A stretch of 16,246 nucleotides of DNA, from assembly GCA_000004985.1 (NCBI GenBank), contig GG738971.1; one strand, written 5' to 3'. Both the position numbers and the translations under genes were made by a program. Shown one piece after another: positions 1 through 11,876 of the stretch. The notes beneath the pieces are model-generated. The model was given only the letters and a program-made list of their open reading frames with translations, did no database searches and had not been told where the DNA came from. Every line of letters starts with the position of its first letter. Position 1 is the first letter of the stretch. Source of the DNA: Naegleria gruberi. Taxonomy: Eukaryota.

Positions 1-804
1 ATTTTTGAGTTTAAAGTTATTAAGGTGCTTAACTTGTGAAATGTTAACACATTTGCCTATTTTCATCAAATGTTTCTTTCAATACTGTTGGTGGTCAATG
101 CCCATAGGGTAAAGAAAGATTCCCACAGTTTCTTTTTGGTATTGCTAGCATGGCAGAATCAAAATTAGAAATAAATTCTTTGAATTGTTGTCGAGTGATT
201 GTGGAAAATATATTCCAAATAATTTGATTATAAATTTATAAATTGGCGATCCAAAGACATGATTTTATTCGATTCCAATAATTTAATAATGATTATTTAT
301 GTGGTTGGAGATTTGAAAATTAACTTGGGAAAAGATAATTTCATAATAACGATCCAACCAATTAGCTTCCAGGATGAAAATTAACATGATATCATGTTGA
401 GATGATGATAATGAACATTGGAGATAATTTCAAAAAGTGAAATCAACAATATTTGTTAATTCCAATTAGGTTGAACATGTTCTCGGAAGGAGTTCTTCTT
501 CTTTTCCGTTGCTCATCATCACTGATAGGTTTGTTTTAATTTCATCTTCATCAATTGTTCAATTCCAATTCTCTGTTCAACTATTACTTCAGTGATGATA
601 AGAAACTTGAACCTCCTGAAAACACTTTCAACTTGTCAACACCATCCTCCAATGAACCTTTTTCAAACCTTATAGTGCTATTGTGCACGAATCTTTATTG
701 GAAACAAAGACTAAACATGGAATTTTCAACGTTCGTAATGCACAACAACAAAAGGTTCGAAAGTTTGTGTTGATGGAGAACACCACTTCAACAATTCAAA
801 AAAT

Positions 805-1120
805 ATGCAACAACAACATTCTTTGAAAGTTTCCATAATAAAATGTACTGACCTGCCTAAAGTTGACTTGTTGGGATCATGTGATGCGTATGTGCAGGTG
901 TGGGTTGCTCACTCAGATCCAAACAAATTTAAACAAGCACAGACTGATAATGAGGAGGGAATTAAACAGACAAGAGTGATTACTAGTTTAAATCCAGAAT
1001 TTAATGAACAATTTCAATTCAAATTTCCTCAAGTCAATTCTGGTATGGAGAAGAAAGATCCAATGGATAAATATTTGGTTGTGAGAGTGGTGGATAAGAA
1101 TGCCATATTGAAGGATGAAG
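805..1120 (+). CDS. Exon 1 of a gene encoding a protein with an N-terminal C2 domain. The start codon is at 805, and the exon ends in phase 1 immediately before a GT donor.
   Basis: The ATG at 805 sits in an A-rich context. The translation MQQQHSLKVSIIKCTDLPKVDLLGSCDAYVQVWV...TRVITSLNPEFNEQFQFKF...KYLVVRVVDKNAILKDE matches the C2-domain consensus (L.V.V..A..L...D..G.SDPYV.V ... T.v.....P.wNE.F.F ... L...V.D.d). A GT follows at 1121. Confidence 0.7.
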
Positions 1121-1172
1121 GTTCGTTTAAATTTATATATATTGGAAAGTATTGATTGACTTGTTTCTCAAG
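1121..1172 (+). other. A 52-nt spliceosomal intron (GTTCGT...TTGTTTCTCAAG) within the C2-domain gene.
   Basis: GT/AG boundaries with a pyrimidine-rich 3' end. Removing it joins ...AILKDE to VIGFVMIQFFGLNLKVGKPLRRTYPLIDAKSGSIELCFEAVP in frame, restoring the conserved C2 DE.IG / G.I.L.L.F.P strands. Unspliced, the frame hits a stop at 1153. Confidence 0.65.
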
Positions 1173-1299
1173 TTATTGGATTTGTAATGATACAATTTTT
1201 TGGATTGAATTTAAAGGTGGGAAAACCATTGAGAAGAACCTACCCATTAATTGATGCCAAATCTGGAAGTATTGAATTGTGTTTTGAAGCAGTTCCAAG
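1173..1299 (+). CDS. Exon 2 (partial) of the C2-domain gene. It runs into the N-masked block, so the 3' end is not visible.
   Basis: The open frame continues from the splice junction to the edge of the N run. The encoded strand matches the C-terminal beta-strands of a C2 domain. Confidence 0.65.
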
Positions 1300-4200
1300 N
1301 NNNNNNNNNNNNNNNNNNNNNNNNNNNNNNNNNNNNNNNNNNNNNNNNNNNNNNNNNNNNNNNNNNNNNNNNNNNNNNNNNNNNNNNNNNNNNNNNNNNN
1401 NNNNNNNNNNNNNNNNNNNNNNNNNNNNNNNNNNNNNNNNNNNNNNNNNNNNNNNNNNNNNNNNNNNNNNNNNNNNNNNNNNNNNNNNNNNNNNNNNNNN
1501 NNNNNNNNNNNNNNNNNNNNNNNNNNNNNNNNNNNNNNNNNNNNNNNNNNNNNNNNNNNNNNNNNNNNNNNNNNNNNNNNNNNNNNNNNNNNNNNNNNNN
1601 NNNNNNNNNNNNNNNNNNNNNNNNNNNNNNNNNNNNNNNNNNNNNNNNNNNNNNNNNNNNNNNNNNNNNNNNNNNNNNNNNNNNNNNNNNNNNNNNNNNN
1701 NNNNNNNNNNNNNNNNNNNNNNNNNNNNNNNNNNNNNNNNNNNNNNNNNNNNNNNNNNNNNNNNNNNNNNNNNNNNNNNNNNNNNNNNNNNNNNNNNNNN
1801 NNNNNNNNNNNNNNNNNNNNNNNNNNNNNNNNNNNNNNNNNNNNNNNNNNNNNNNNNNNNNNNNNNNNNNNNNNNNNNNNNNNNNNNNNNNNNNNNNNNN
1901 NNNNNNNNNNNNNNNNNNNNNNNNNNNNNNNNNNNNNNNNNNNNNNNNNNNNNNNNNNNNNNNNNNNNNNNNNNNNNNNNNNNNNNNNNNNNNNNNNNNN
2001 NNNNNNNNNNNNNNNNNNNNNNNNNNNNNNNNNNNNNNNNNNNNNNNNNNNNNNNNNNNNNNNNNNNNNNNNNNNNNNNNNNNNNNNNNNNNNNNNNNNN
2101 NNNNNNNNNNNNNNNNNNNNNNNNNNNNNNNNNNNNNNNNNNNNNNNNNNNNNNNNNNNNNNNNNNNNNNNNNNNNNNNNNNNNNNNNNNNNNNNNNNNN
2201 NNNNNNNNNNNNNNNNNNNNNNNNNNNNNNNNNNNNNNNNNNNNNNNNNNNNNNNNNNNNNNNNNNNNNNNNNNNNNNNNNNNNNNNNNNNNNNNNNNNN
2301 NNNNNNNNNNNNNNNNNNNNNNNNNNNNNNNNNNNNNNNNNNNNNNNNNNNNNNNNNNNNNNNNNNNNNNNNNNNNNNNNNNNNNNNNNNNNNNNNNNNN
2401 NNNNNNNNNNNNNNNNNNNNNNNNNNNNNNNNNNNNNNNNNNNNNNNNNNNNNNNNNNNNNNNNNNNNNNNNNNNNNNNNNNNNNNNNNNNNNNNNNNNN
2501 NNNNNNNNNNNNNNNNNNNNNNNNNNNNNNNNNNNNNNNNNNNNNNNNNNNNNNNNNNNNNNNNNNNNNNNNNNNNNNNNNNNNNNNNNNNNNNNNNNNN
2601 NNNNNNNNNNNNNNNNNNNNNNNNNNNNNNNNNNNNNNNNNNNNNNNNNNNNNNNNNNNNNNNNNNNNNNNNNNNNNNNNNNNNNNNNNNNNNNNNNNNN
2701 NNNNNNNNNNNNNNNNNNNNNNNNNNNNNNNNNNNNNNNNNNNNNNNNNNNNNNNNNNNNNNNNNNNNNNNNNNNNNNNNNNNNNNNNNNNNNNNNNNNN
2801 NNNNNNNNNNNNNNNNNNNNNNNNNNNNNNNNNNNNNNNNNNNNNNNNNNNNNNNNNNNNNNNNNNNNNNNNNNNNNNNNNNNNNNNNNNNNNNNNNNNN
2901 NNNNNNNNNNNNNNNNNNNNNNNNNNNNNNNNNNNNNNNNNNNNNNNNNNNNNNNNNNNNNNNNNNNNNNNNNNNNNNNNNNNNNNNNNNNNNNNNNNNN
3001 NNNNNNNNNNNNNNNNNNNNNNNNNNNNNNNNNNNNNNNNNNNNNNNNNNNNNNNNNNNNNNNNNNNNNNNNNNNNNNNNNNNNNNNNNNNNNNNNNNNN
3101 NNNNNNNNNNNNNNNNNNNNNNNNNNNNNNNNNNNNNNNNNNNNNNNNNNNNNNNNNNNNNNNNNNNNNNNNNNNNNNNNNNNNNNNNNNNNNNNNNNNN
3201 NNNNNNNNNNNNNNNNNNNNNNNNNNNNNNNNNNNNNNNNNNNNNNNNNNNNNNNNNNNNNNNNNNNNNNNNNNNNNNNNNNNNNNNNNNNNNNNNNNNN
3301 NNNNNNNNNNNNNNNNNNNNNNNNNNNNNNNNNNNNNNNNNNNNNNNNNNNNNNNNNNNNNNNNNNNNNNNNNNNNNNNNNNNNNNNNNNNNNNNNNNNN
3401 NNNNNNNNNNNNNNNNNNNNNNNNNNNNNNNNNNNNNNNNNNNNNNNNNNNNNNNNNNNNNNNNNNNNNNNNNNNNNNNNNNNNNNNNNNNNNNNNNNNN
3501 NNNNNNNNNNNNNNNNNNNNNNNNNNNNNNNNNNNNNNNNNNNNNNNNNNNNNNNNNNNNNNNNNNNNNNNNNNNNNNNNNNNNNNNNNNNNNNNNNNNN
3601 NNNNNNNNNNNNNNNNNNNNNNNNNNNNNNNNNNNNNNNNNNNNNNNNNNNNNNNNNNNNNNNNNNNNNNNNNNNNNNNNNNNNNNNNNNNNNNNNNNNN
3701 NNNNNNNNNNNNNNNNNNNNNNNNNNNNNNNNNNNNNNNNNNNNNNNNNNNNNNNNNNNNNNNNNNNNNNNNNNNNNNNNNNNNNNNNNNNNNNNNNNNN
3801 NNNNNNNNNNNNNNNNNNNNNNNNNNNNNNNNNNNNNNNNNNNNNNNNNNNNNNNNNNNNNNNNNNNNNNNNNNNNNNNNNNNNNNNNNNNNNNNNNNNN
3901 NNNNNNNNNNNNNNNNNNNNNNNNNNNNNNNNNNNNNNNNNNNNNNNNNNNNNNNNNNNNNNNNNNNNNNNNNNNNNNNNNNNNNNNNNNNNNNNNNNNN
4001 NNNNNNNNNNNNNNNNNNNNNNNNNNNNNNNNNNNNNNNNNNNNNNNNNNNNNNNNNNNNNNNNNNNNNNNNNNNNNNNNNNNNNNNNNNNNNNNNNNNN
4101 NNNNNNNNNNNNNNNNNNNNNNNNNNNNNNNNNNNNNNNNNNNNNNNNNNNNNNNNNNNNNNNNNNNNNNNNNNNNNNNNNNNNNNNNNNNNNNNNNNNN

Positions 4201-6460
4201 NNNNNNNNNNNNNNNNNNNNNNNNNNNNNNNNNNNNNNNNNNNNNNNNNNNNNNNNNNNNNNNNNNNNNNNNNNNNNNNNNNNNNNNNNNNNNNNNNNNN
4301 NNNNNNNNNNNNNNNNNNNNNNNNNNNNNNNNNNNNNNNNNNNNNNNNNNNNNNNNNNNNNNNNNNNNNNNNNNNNNNNNNNNNNNNNNNNNNNNNNNNN
4401 NNNNNNNNNNNNNNNNNNNNNNNNNNNNNNNNNNNNNNNNNNNNNNNNNNNNNNNNNNNNNNNNNNNNNNNNNNNNNNNNNNNNNNNNNNNNNNNNNNNN
4501 NNNNNNNNNNNNNNNNNNNNNNNNNNNNNNNNNNNNNNNNNNNNNNNNNNNNNNNNNNNNNNNNNNNNNNNNNNNNNNNNNNNNNNNNNNNNNNNNNNNN
4601 NNNNNNNNNNNNNNNNNNNNNNNNNNNNNNNNNNNNNNNNNNNNNNNNNNNNNNNNNNNNNNNNNNNNNNNNNNNNNNNNNNNNNNNNNNNNNNNNNNNN
4701 NNNNNNNNNNNNNNNNNNNNNNNNNNNNNNNNNNNNNNNNNNNNNNNNNNNNNNNNNNNNNNNNNNNNNNNNNNNNNNNNNNNNNNNNNNNNNNNNNNNN
4801 NNNNNNNNNNNNNNNNNNNNNNNNNNNNNNNNNNNNNNNNNNNNNNNNNNNNNNNNNNNNNNNNNNNNNNNNNNNNNNNNNNNNNNNNNNNNNNNNNNNN
4901 NNNNNNNNNNNNNNNNNNNNNNNNNNNNNNNNNNNNNNNNNNNNNNNNNNNNNNNNNNNNNNNNNNNNNNNNNNNNNNNNNNNNNNNNNNNNNNNNNNNN
5001 NNNNNNNNNNNNNNNNNNNNNNNNNNNNNNNNNNNNNNNNNNNNNNNNNNNNNNNNNNNNNNNNNNNNNNNNNNNNNNNNNNNNNNNNNNNNNNNNNNNN
5101 NNNNNNNNNNNNNNNNNNNNNNNNNNNNNNNNNNNNNNNNNNNNNNNNNNNNNNNNNNNNNNNNNNNNNNNNNNNNNNNNNNNNNNNNNNNNNNNNNNNN
5201 NNNNNNNNNNNNNNNNNNNNNNNNNNNNNNNNNNNNNNNNNNNNNNNNNNNNNNNNNNNNNNNNNNNNNNNNNNNNNNNNNNNNNNNNNNNNNNNNNNNN
5301 NNNNNNNNNNNNNNNNNNNNNNNNNNNNNNNNNNNNNNNNNNNNNNNNNNNNNNNNNNNNNNNNNNNNNNNNNNNNNNNNNNNNNNNNNNNNNNNNNNNN
5401 NNNNNNNNNNNNNNNNNNNNNNNNNNNNNNNNNNNNNNNNNNNNNNNNNNNNNNNNNNNNNNNNNNNNNNNNNNNNNNNNNNNNNNNNNNNNNNNNNNNN
5501 NNNNNNNNNNNNNNNNNNNNNNNNNNNNNNNNNNNNNNNNNNNNNNNNNNNNNNNNNNNNNNNNNNNNNNNNNNNNNNNNNNNNNNNNNNNNNNNNNNNN
5601 NNNNNNNNNNNNNNNNNNNNNNNNNNNNNNNNNNNNNNNNNNNNNNNNNNNNNNNNNNNNNNNNNNNNNNNNNNNNNNNNNNNNNNNNNNNNNNNNNNNN
5701 NNNNNNNNNNNNNNNNNNNNNNNNNNNNNNNNNNNNNNNNNNNNNNNNNNNNNNNNNNNNNNNNNNNNNNNNNNNNNNNNNNNNNNNNNNNNNNNNNNNN
5801 NNNNNNNNNNNNNNNNNNNNNNNNNNNNNNNNNNNNNNNNNNNNNNNNNNNNNNNNNNNNNNNNNNNNNNNNNNNNNNNNNNNNNNNNNNNNNNNNNNNN
5901 NNNNNNNNNNNNNNNNNNNNNNNNNNNNNNNNNNNNNNNNNNNNNNNNNNNNNNNNNNNNNNNNNNNNNNNNNNNNNNNNNNNNNNNNNNNNNNNNNNNN
6001 NNNNNNNNNNNNNNNNNNNNNNNNNNNNNNNNNNNNNNNNNNNNNNNNNNNNNNNNNNNNNNNNNNNNNNNNNNNNNNNNNNNNNNNNNNNNNNNNNNNN
6101 NNNNNNNNNNNNNNNNNNNNNNNNNNNNNNNNNNNNNNNNNNNNNNNNNNNNNNNNNNNNNNNNNNNNNNNNNNNNNNNNNNNNNNNNNNNNNNNNNNNN
6201 NNNNNNNNNNNNNNNNNNNNNNNNNNNNNNNNNNNNNNNNNNNNNNNNNNNNNNNNNNNNNNNNNNNNNNNNNNNNNNNNNNNNNNNNNNNNNNNNNNNN
6301 NNNNNNNNNNNNNNNNNNNNNNNNNNNNNNNNNNNNNNNNNNNNNNNNNNNNNNNNNNNNNNNNNNNNNNNNNNNNNNNNNNNNNNNNNNNNNNNNNNNN
6401 NNNNNNNNNNNNNNNNNNNNNNNNNNNNNNNNNNNNNNNNNNNNNNNNNNNNNNNNNNNN
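1300..6460. other. N-masked block or assembly gap of 5161 nt. Nothing can be inferred here. The giant X-filled ORFs in the track are artefacts.
   Basis: A contiguous run of n characters. Confidence 1.
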
Positions 6461-8452
6461 ATTGTTCAAGTTATAATAATGTTTATTGGTCTGTTAGTTT
6501 ATTGCAAATGAGGGAAGATTCTGAAATTCATGGAAATATTTTGGCCACAGAAGTGACAGCTTCGAATTCAAAAATTTATGGAACTCTGATTATACCAGAT
6601 TCGGCAACGATGGTAACTATATTCGAAACTACTCAGTTCATGAATTTTACTAATTGGGATCCTTATTCACCATTTGTTGATTCGAAATGTATTTCTTCTC
6701 AATCAGTAGTTTCGTCTAATGTTTCTTCCAATTCGACTGTGGTTACAAACAGTTCAGTTTCAGTCAATCAAACTATTATTAATTCCAACTCGTCAATGAT
6801 TAAGAACAATACTGTTTACAATAGTACAGTATTAAATAATTCCACATTGAATAATTATTCATCAATAGTTAACACTACTCAAGTTTCTAATAATATTACA
6901 GTTGGTAATTCAACAACTTTATCAAATTCTACAAACGTATTGAATAATTCCTCAATGAGTGGTAATTCGACCTTTTCCAATTCTACTAATTATGGAAATG
7001 GCTCACTTTCGAATACAACACAAGTGGTTTCTAATAATGTTACAGTTGGTAATTCAACAACTTTATCAAATTCTACAAAAGTAATGAATAATTCCTCAAT
7101 GAATGGTAATTCAACATTTTCCAATTCTACTAATTATGGAAATGGCTCACTTTCGAATACAACACAGGTAGTTTCTAATAATAATACAGTTGGTAATTCT
7201 TCAAATTTATCAAATACTACGATTGTACTGAATAATTCCTCAATGGAAAGTAATTCTTCACAAACAATTTCCAATTCCACTGTTGCCAATACTACAAATA
7301 TTCACGGAAATGACTCACTGTCGAATACAACGCAAAATGTTGCTAATAATAATACACTAGGAAATTCCACACAATTACTGAATATTTCAATGAACAGCAA
7401 TAGTACAAGCAATTATTCCAGTATTACCAACTCTACTAATTATGGAAATGAATCATTTGTGAATTCAACAAATAATTCAGTGAACAGCACTACTAATTCT
7501 ACTTTTATGGGAAATAGTTCAAATATTTCACAACAAGTGAATACAACCACAAATTCATCAATTGGAGTTGTTGATAACGAAACGACTATTCTTATGAATG
7601 AAACAAATGTTTCGAATAATAGCATTGTTGAAACTAATCAAACTCTGAATAATTCACAAATTGTTAACGAAACATCAACAGAATCCAATAATAATGGAAC
7701 AATTCAAAACAACTCTTCCCAAACTATTATTTCCAATAATTCATCCATTGTTAACGAAACTTCCAATACTTCTAATACTACAGAACTAATTTCTAATAAC
7801 ACAATAAGTGATTCAAATAACACATTTATCAATCAGTCAACTGTGGAACATCAAAATTCAACACTTAATCAAACTCTAATTAACAATCAAACTACTTTTG
7901 GAAATAGTTCAGTAATTGAAGTTCAAAACCAGGTCAATCAAACATCAAATATCTCTAACAGCACAAACAACACTTTAATTATTAATTCAACAATTATTTC
8001 TAACAATACAATTTCCAATTATAGTAATTCAGTATTACCAAGTAATGTCACAAATAATTCGACATTATCAATCAATAATACAATTCTAAATAATCAAAGC
8101 ACTGTAAATTCAACAACATCTAACCTGAATAATGAAACATTCAATAATCAGAATTCCAGTTTAAATAATTGTGACAGACATGTCAATTGCTCAAATCATG
8201 GCGATTGTAATTCAGAAGGACAATGCATATGTTCTTCAAATTATGAAGAAGGTTTCTGGTCTGGAACTAAGTGTGAATTTTGTGCGATTAACTTTTATGG
8301 AAAATTATGTAATACTAAAATTGTTGGTCCAGCTTTGATTTCACCAGATTTTACAGGCGTTACATTTATATTACATTCTGCACAGATGAATGATTCAATT
8401 CCTTGTGAAAAGATTATCAATCCACTTGATTTATCTATTTTTGGAAGTAAGC
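6461..8452 (+). CDS. Internal fragment, open at both ends into masked sequence, of a secreted or surface glycoprotein. It is Asn/Ser/Thr-rich and hyper-sequon-dense, with tandem repeats and a C-terminal EGF-like module.
   Basis: A 664-codon open frame without stops from the mask edge at 6461 to the mask edge at 8452. The track's start at 6502 is a TTG; the first ATG is at 6508 and there is no signal peptide, so the real 5' end is probably upstream in the masked region. There are dozens of N-x-S/T sequons (NST, NSS, NTT, NIS, NVT, NQT, NET and others), repeated about 48-aa units, and an 8-Cys module CDRHVNCSNHGDCNSEGQCICSSNYEEGFWSGTKCEFCAINFYGKLC. Confidence 0.75.
6883..7338 (+). repeat. Coding tandem repeat of three nearly identical 144-bp (48-aa) units starting at 6883, 7027 and 7171. 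More degenerate copies lie upstream (about 6790) and downstream (7339 to about 7510).
   Basis: Units 1 and 2 differ at about 8 of 144 nt. Unit 3 is about 80% identical. The encoded unit is VSNN[IVN]TVGNSTTLSNSTNVLNNSSM[SN]GNSTFSNSTNYGNGSLSNTTQV. Confidence 0.85.
8170..8310 (+). other. EGF-like module with eight cysteines (laminin/tenascin-type spacing) at the C-terminal end of the visible glycoprotein fragment.
   Basis: The cysteine pattern C-x5-C-x5-C-x5-C-x-C-x13-C-x2-C-x8-C, with the conserved G and aromatic positions (HGDC, GQCIC, GFWSG, YG..C). Confidence 0.7.
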
Positions 8453-11400
8453 NNNNNNNNNNNNNNNNNNNNNNNNNNNNNNNNNNNNNNNNNNNNNNNN
8501 NNNNNNNNNNNNNNNNNNNNNNNNNNNNNNNNNNNNNNNNNNNNNNNNNNNNNNNNNNNNNNNNNNNNNNNNNNNNNNNNNNNNNNNNNNNNNNNNNNNN
8601 NNNNNNNNNNNNNNNNNNNNNNNNNNNNNNNNNNNNNNNNNNNNNNNNNNNNNNNNNNNNNNNNNNNNNNNNNNNNNNNNNNNNNNNNNNNNNNNNNNNN
8701 NNNNNNNNNNNNNNNNNNNNNNNNNNNNNNNNNNNNNNNNNNNNNNNNNNNNNNNNNNNNNNNNNNNNNNNNNNNNNNNNNNNNNNNNNNNNNNNNNNNN
8801 NNNNNNNNNNNNNNNNNNNNNNNNNNNNNNNNNNNNNNNNNNNNNNNNNNNNNNNNNNNNNNNNNNNNNNNNNNNNNNNNNNNNNNNNNNNNNNNNNNNN
8901 NNNNNNNNNNNNNNNNNNNNNNNNNNNNNNNNNNNNNNNNNNNNNNNNNNNNNNNNNNNNNNNNNNNNNNNNNNNNNNNNNNNNNNNNNNNNNNNNNNNN
9001 NNNNNNNNNNNNNNNNNNNNNNNNNNNNNNNNNNNNNNNNNNNNNNNNNNNNNNNNNNNNNNNNNNNNNNNNNNNNNNNNNNNNNNNNNNNNNNNNNNNN
9101 NNNNNNNNNNNNNNNNNNNNNNNNNNNNNNNNNNNNNNNNNNNNNNNNNNNNNNNNNNNNNNNNNNNNNNNNNNNNNNNNNNNNNNNNNNNNNNNNNNNN
9201 NNNNNNNNNNNNNNNNNNNNNNNNNNNNNNNNNNNNNNNNNNNNNNNNNNNNNNNNNNNNNNNNNNNNNNNNNNNNNNNNNNNNNNNNNNNNNNNNNNNN
9301 NNNNNNNNNNNNNNNNNNNNNNNNNNNNNNNNNNNNNNNNNNNNNNNNNNNNNNNNNNNNNNNNNNNNNNNNNNNNNNNNNNNNNNNNNNNNNNNNNNNN
9401 NNNNNNNNNNNNNNNNNNNNNNNNNNNNNNNNNNNNNNNNNNNNNNNNNNNNNNNNNNNNNNNNNNNNNNNNNNNNNNNNNNNNNNNNNNNNNNNNNNNN
9501 NNNNNNNNNNNNNNNNNNNNNNNNNNNNNNNNNNNNNNNNNNNNNNNNNNNNNNNNNNNNNNNNNNNNNNNNNNNNNNNNNNNNNNNNNNNNNNNNNNNN
9601 NNNNNNNNNNNNNNNNNNNNNNNNNNNNNNNNNNNNNNNNNNNNNNNNNNNNNNNNNNNNNNNNNNNNNNNNNNNNNNNNNNNNNNNNNNNNNNNNNNNN
9701 NNNNNNNNNNNNNNNNNNNNNNNNNNNNNNNNNNNNNNNNNNNNNNNNNNNNNNNNNNNNNNNNNNNNNNNNNNNNNNNNNNNNNNNNNNNNNNNNNNNN
9801 NNNNNNNNNNNNNNNNNNNNNNNNNNNNNNNNNNNNNNNNNNNNNNNNNNNNNNNNNNNNNNNNNNNNNNNNNNNNNNNNNNNNNNNNNNNNNNNNNNNN
9901 NNNNNNNNNNNNNNNNNNNNNNNNNNNNNNNNNNNNNNNNNNNNNNNNNNNNNNNNNNNNNNNNNNNNNNNNNNNNNNNNNNNNNNNNNNNNNNNNNNNN
10001 NNNNNNNNNNNNNNNNNNNNNNNNNNNNNNNNNNNNNNNNNNNNNNNNNNNNNNNNNNNNNNNNNNNNNNNNNNNNNNNNNNNNNNNNNNNNNNNNNNNN
10101 NNNNNNNNNNNNNNNNNNNNNNNNNNNNNNNNNNNNNNNNNNNNNNNNNNNNNNNNNNNNNNNNNNNNNNNNNNNNNNNNNNNNNNNNNNNNNNNNNNNN
10201 NNNNNNNNNNNNNNNNNNNNNNNNNNNNNNNNNNNNNNNNNNNNNNNNNNNNNNNNNNNNNNNNNNNNNNNNNNNNNNNNNNNNNNNNNNNNNNNNNNNN
10301 NNNNNNNNNNNNNNNNNNNNNNNNNNNNNNNNNNNNNNNNNNNNNNNNNNNNNNNNNNNNNNNNNNNNNNNNNNNNNNNNNNNNNNNNNNNNNNNNNNNN
10401 NNNNNNNNNNNNNNNNNNNNNNNNNNNNNNNNNNNNNNNNNNNNNNNNNNNNNNNNNNNNNNNNNNNNNNNNNNNNNNNNNNNNNNNNNNNNNNNNNNNN
10501 NNNNNNNNNNNNNNNNNNNNNNNNNNNNNNNNNNNNNNNNNNNNNNNNNNNNNNNNNNNNNNNNNNNNNNNNNNNNNNNNNNNNNNNNNNNNNNNNNNNN
10601 NNNNNNNNNNNNNNNNNNNNNNNNNNNNNNNNNNNNNNNNNNNNNNNNNNNNNNNNNNNNNNNNNNNNNNNNNNNNNNNNNNNNNNNNNNNNNNNNNNNN
10701 NNNNNNNNNNNNNNNNNNNNNNNNNNNNNNNNNNNNNNNNNNNNNNNNNNNNNNNNNNNNNNNNNNNNNNNNNNNNNNNNNNNNNNNNNNNNNNNNNNNN
10801 NNNNNNNNNNNNNNNNNNNNNNNNNNNNNNNNNNNNNNNNNNNNNNNNNNNNNNNNNNNNNNNNNNNNNNNNNNNNNNNNNNNNNNNNNNNNNNNNNNNN
10901 NNNNNNNNNNNNNNNNNNNNNNNNNNNNNNNNNNNNNNNNNNNNNNNNNNNNNNNNNNNNNNNNNNNNNNNNNNNNNNNNNNNNNNNNNNNNNNNNNNNN
11001 NNNNNNNNNNNNNNNNNNNNNNNNNNNNNNNNNNNNNNNNNNNNNNNNNNNNNNNNNNNNNNNNNNNNNNNNNNNNNNNNNNNNNNNNNNNNNNNNNNNN
11101 NNNNNNNNNNNNNNNNNNNNNNNNNNNNNNNNNNNNNNNNNNNNNNNNNNNNNNNNNNNNNNNNNNNNNNNNNNNNNNNNNNNNNNNNNNNNNNNNNNNN
11201 NNNNNNNNNNNNNNNNNNNNNNNNNNNNNNNNNNNNNNNNNNNNNNNNNNNNNNNNNNNNNNNNNNNNNNNNNNNNNNNNNNNNNNNNNNNNNNNNNNNN
11301 NNNNNNNNNNNNNNNNNNNNNNNNNNNNNNNNNNNNNNNNNNNNNNNNNNNNNNNNNNNNNNNNNNNNNNNNNNNNNNNNNNNNNNNNNNNNNNNNNNNN

Positions 11401-11876
11401 NNNNNNNNNNNNNNNNNNNNNNNNNNNNNNNNNNNNNNNNNNNNNNNNNNNNNNNNNNNNNNNNNNNNNNNNNNNNNNNNNNNNNNNNNNNNNNNNNNNN
11501 NNNNNNNNNNNNNNNNNNNNNNNNNNNNNNNNNNNNNNNNNNNNNNNNNNNNNNNNNNNNNNNNNNNNNNNNNNNNNNNNNNNNNNNNNNNNNNNNNNNN
11601 NNNNNNNNNNNNNNNNNNNNNNNNNNNNNNNNNNNNNNNNNNNNNNNNNNNNNNNNNNNNNNNNNNNNNNNNNNNNNNNNNNNNNNNNNNNNNNNNNNNN
11701 NNNNNNNNNNNNNNNNNNNNNNNNNNNNNNNNNNNNNNNNNNNNNNNNNNNNNNNNNNNNNNNNNNNNNNNNNNNNNNNNNNNNNNNNNNNNNNNNNNNN
11801 NNNNNNNNNNNNNNNNNNNNNNNNNNNNNNNNNNNNNNNNNNNNNNNNNNNNNNNNNNNNNNNNNNNNNNNNNNNN
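8453..11876. other. N-masked block or assembly gap of 3424 nt. It hides the 3' part of the glycoprotein gene and the 3' two-thirds of the NirK gene.
   Basis: A contiguous run of n characters. Confidence 1.

Noticed and set aside
555-773. A 72-aa ORF upstream of the C2-domain gene.
   Set aside because: It is low-complexity, has no recognisable motif, and is out of frame with the downstream gene. It ends with TGA about 30 nt before the real ATG, so it is more likely 5'-UTR or promoter sequence. It is too short to support a call.
7440-7625. A minus-strand 61-aa ORF inside the glycoprotein repeat region.
   Set aside because: It is antisense to a strongly supported coding frame and is a by-product of the repetitive AAT/TCA-rich sequence.
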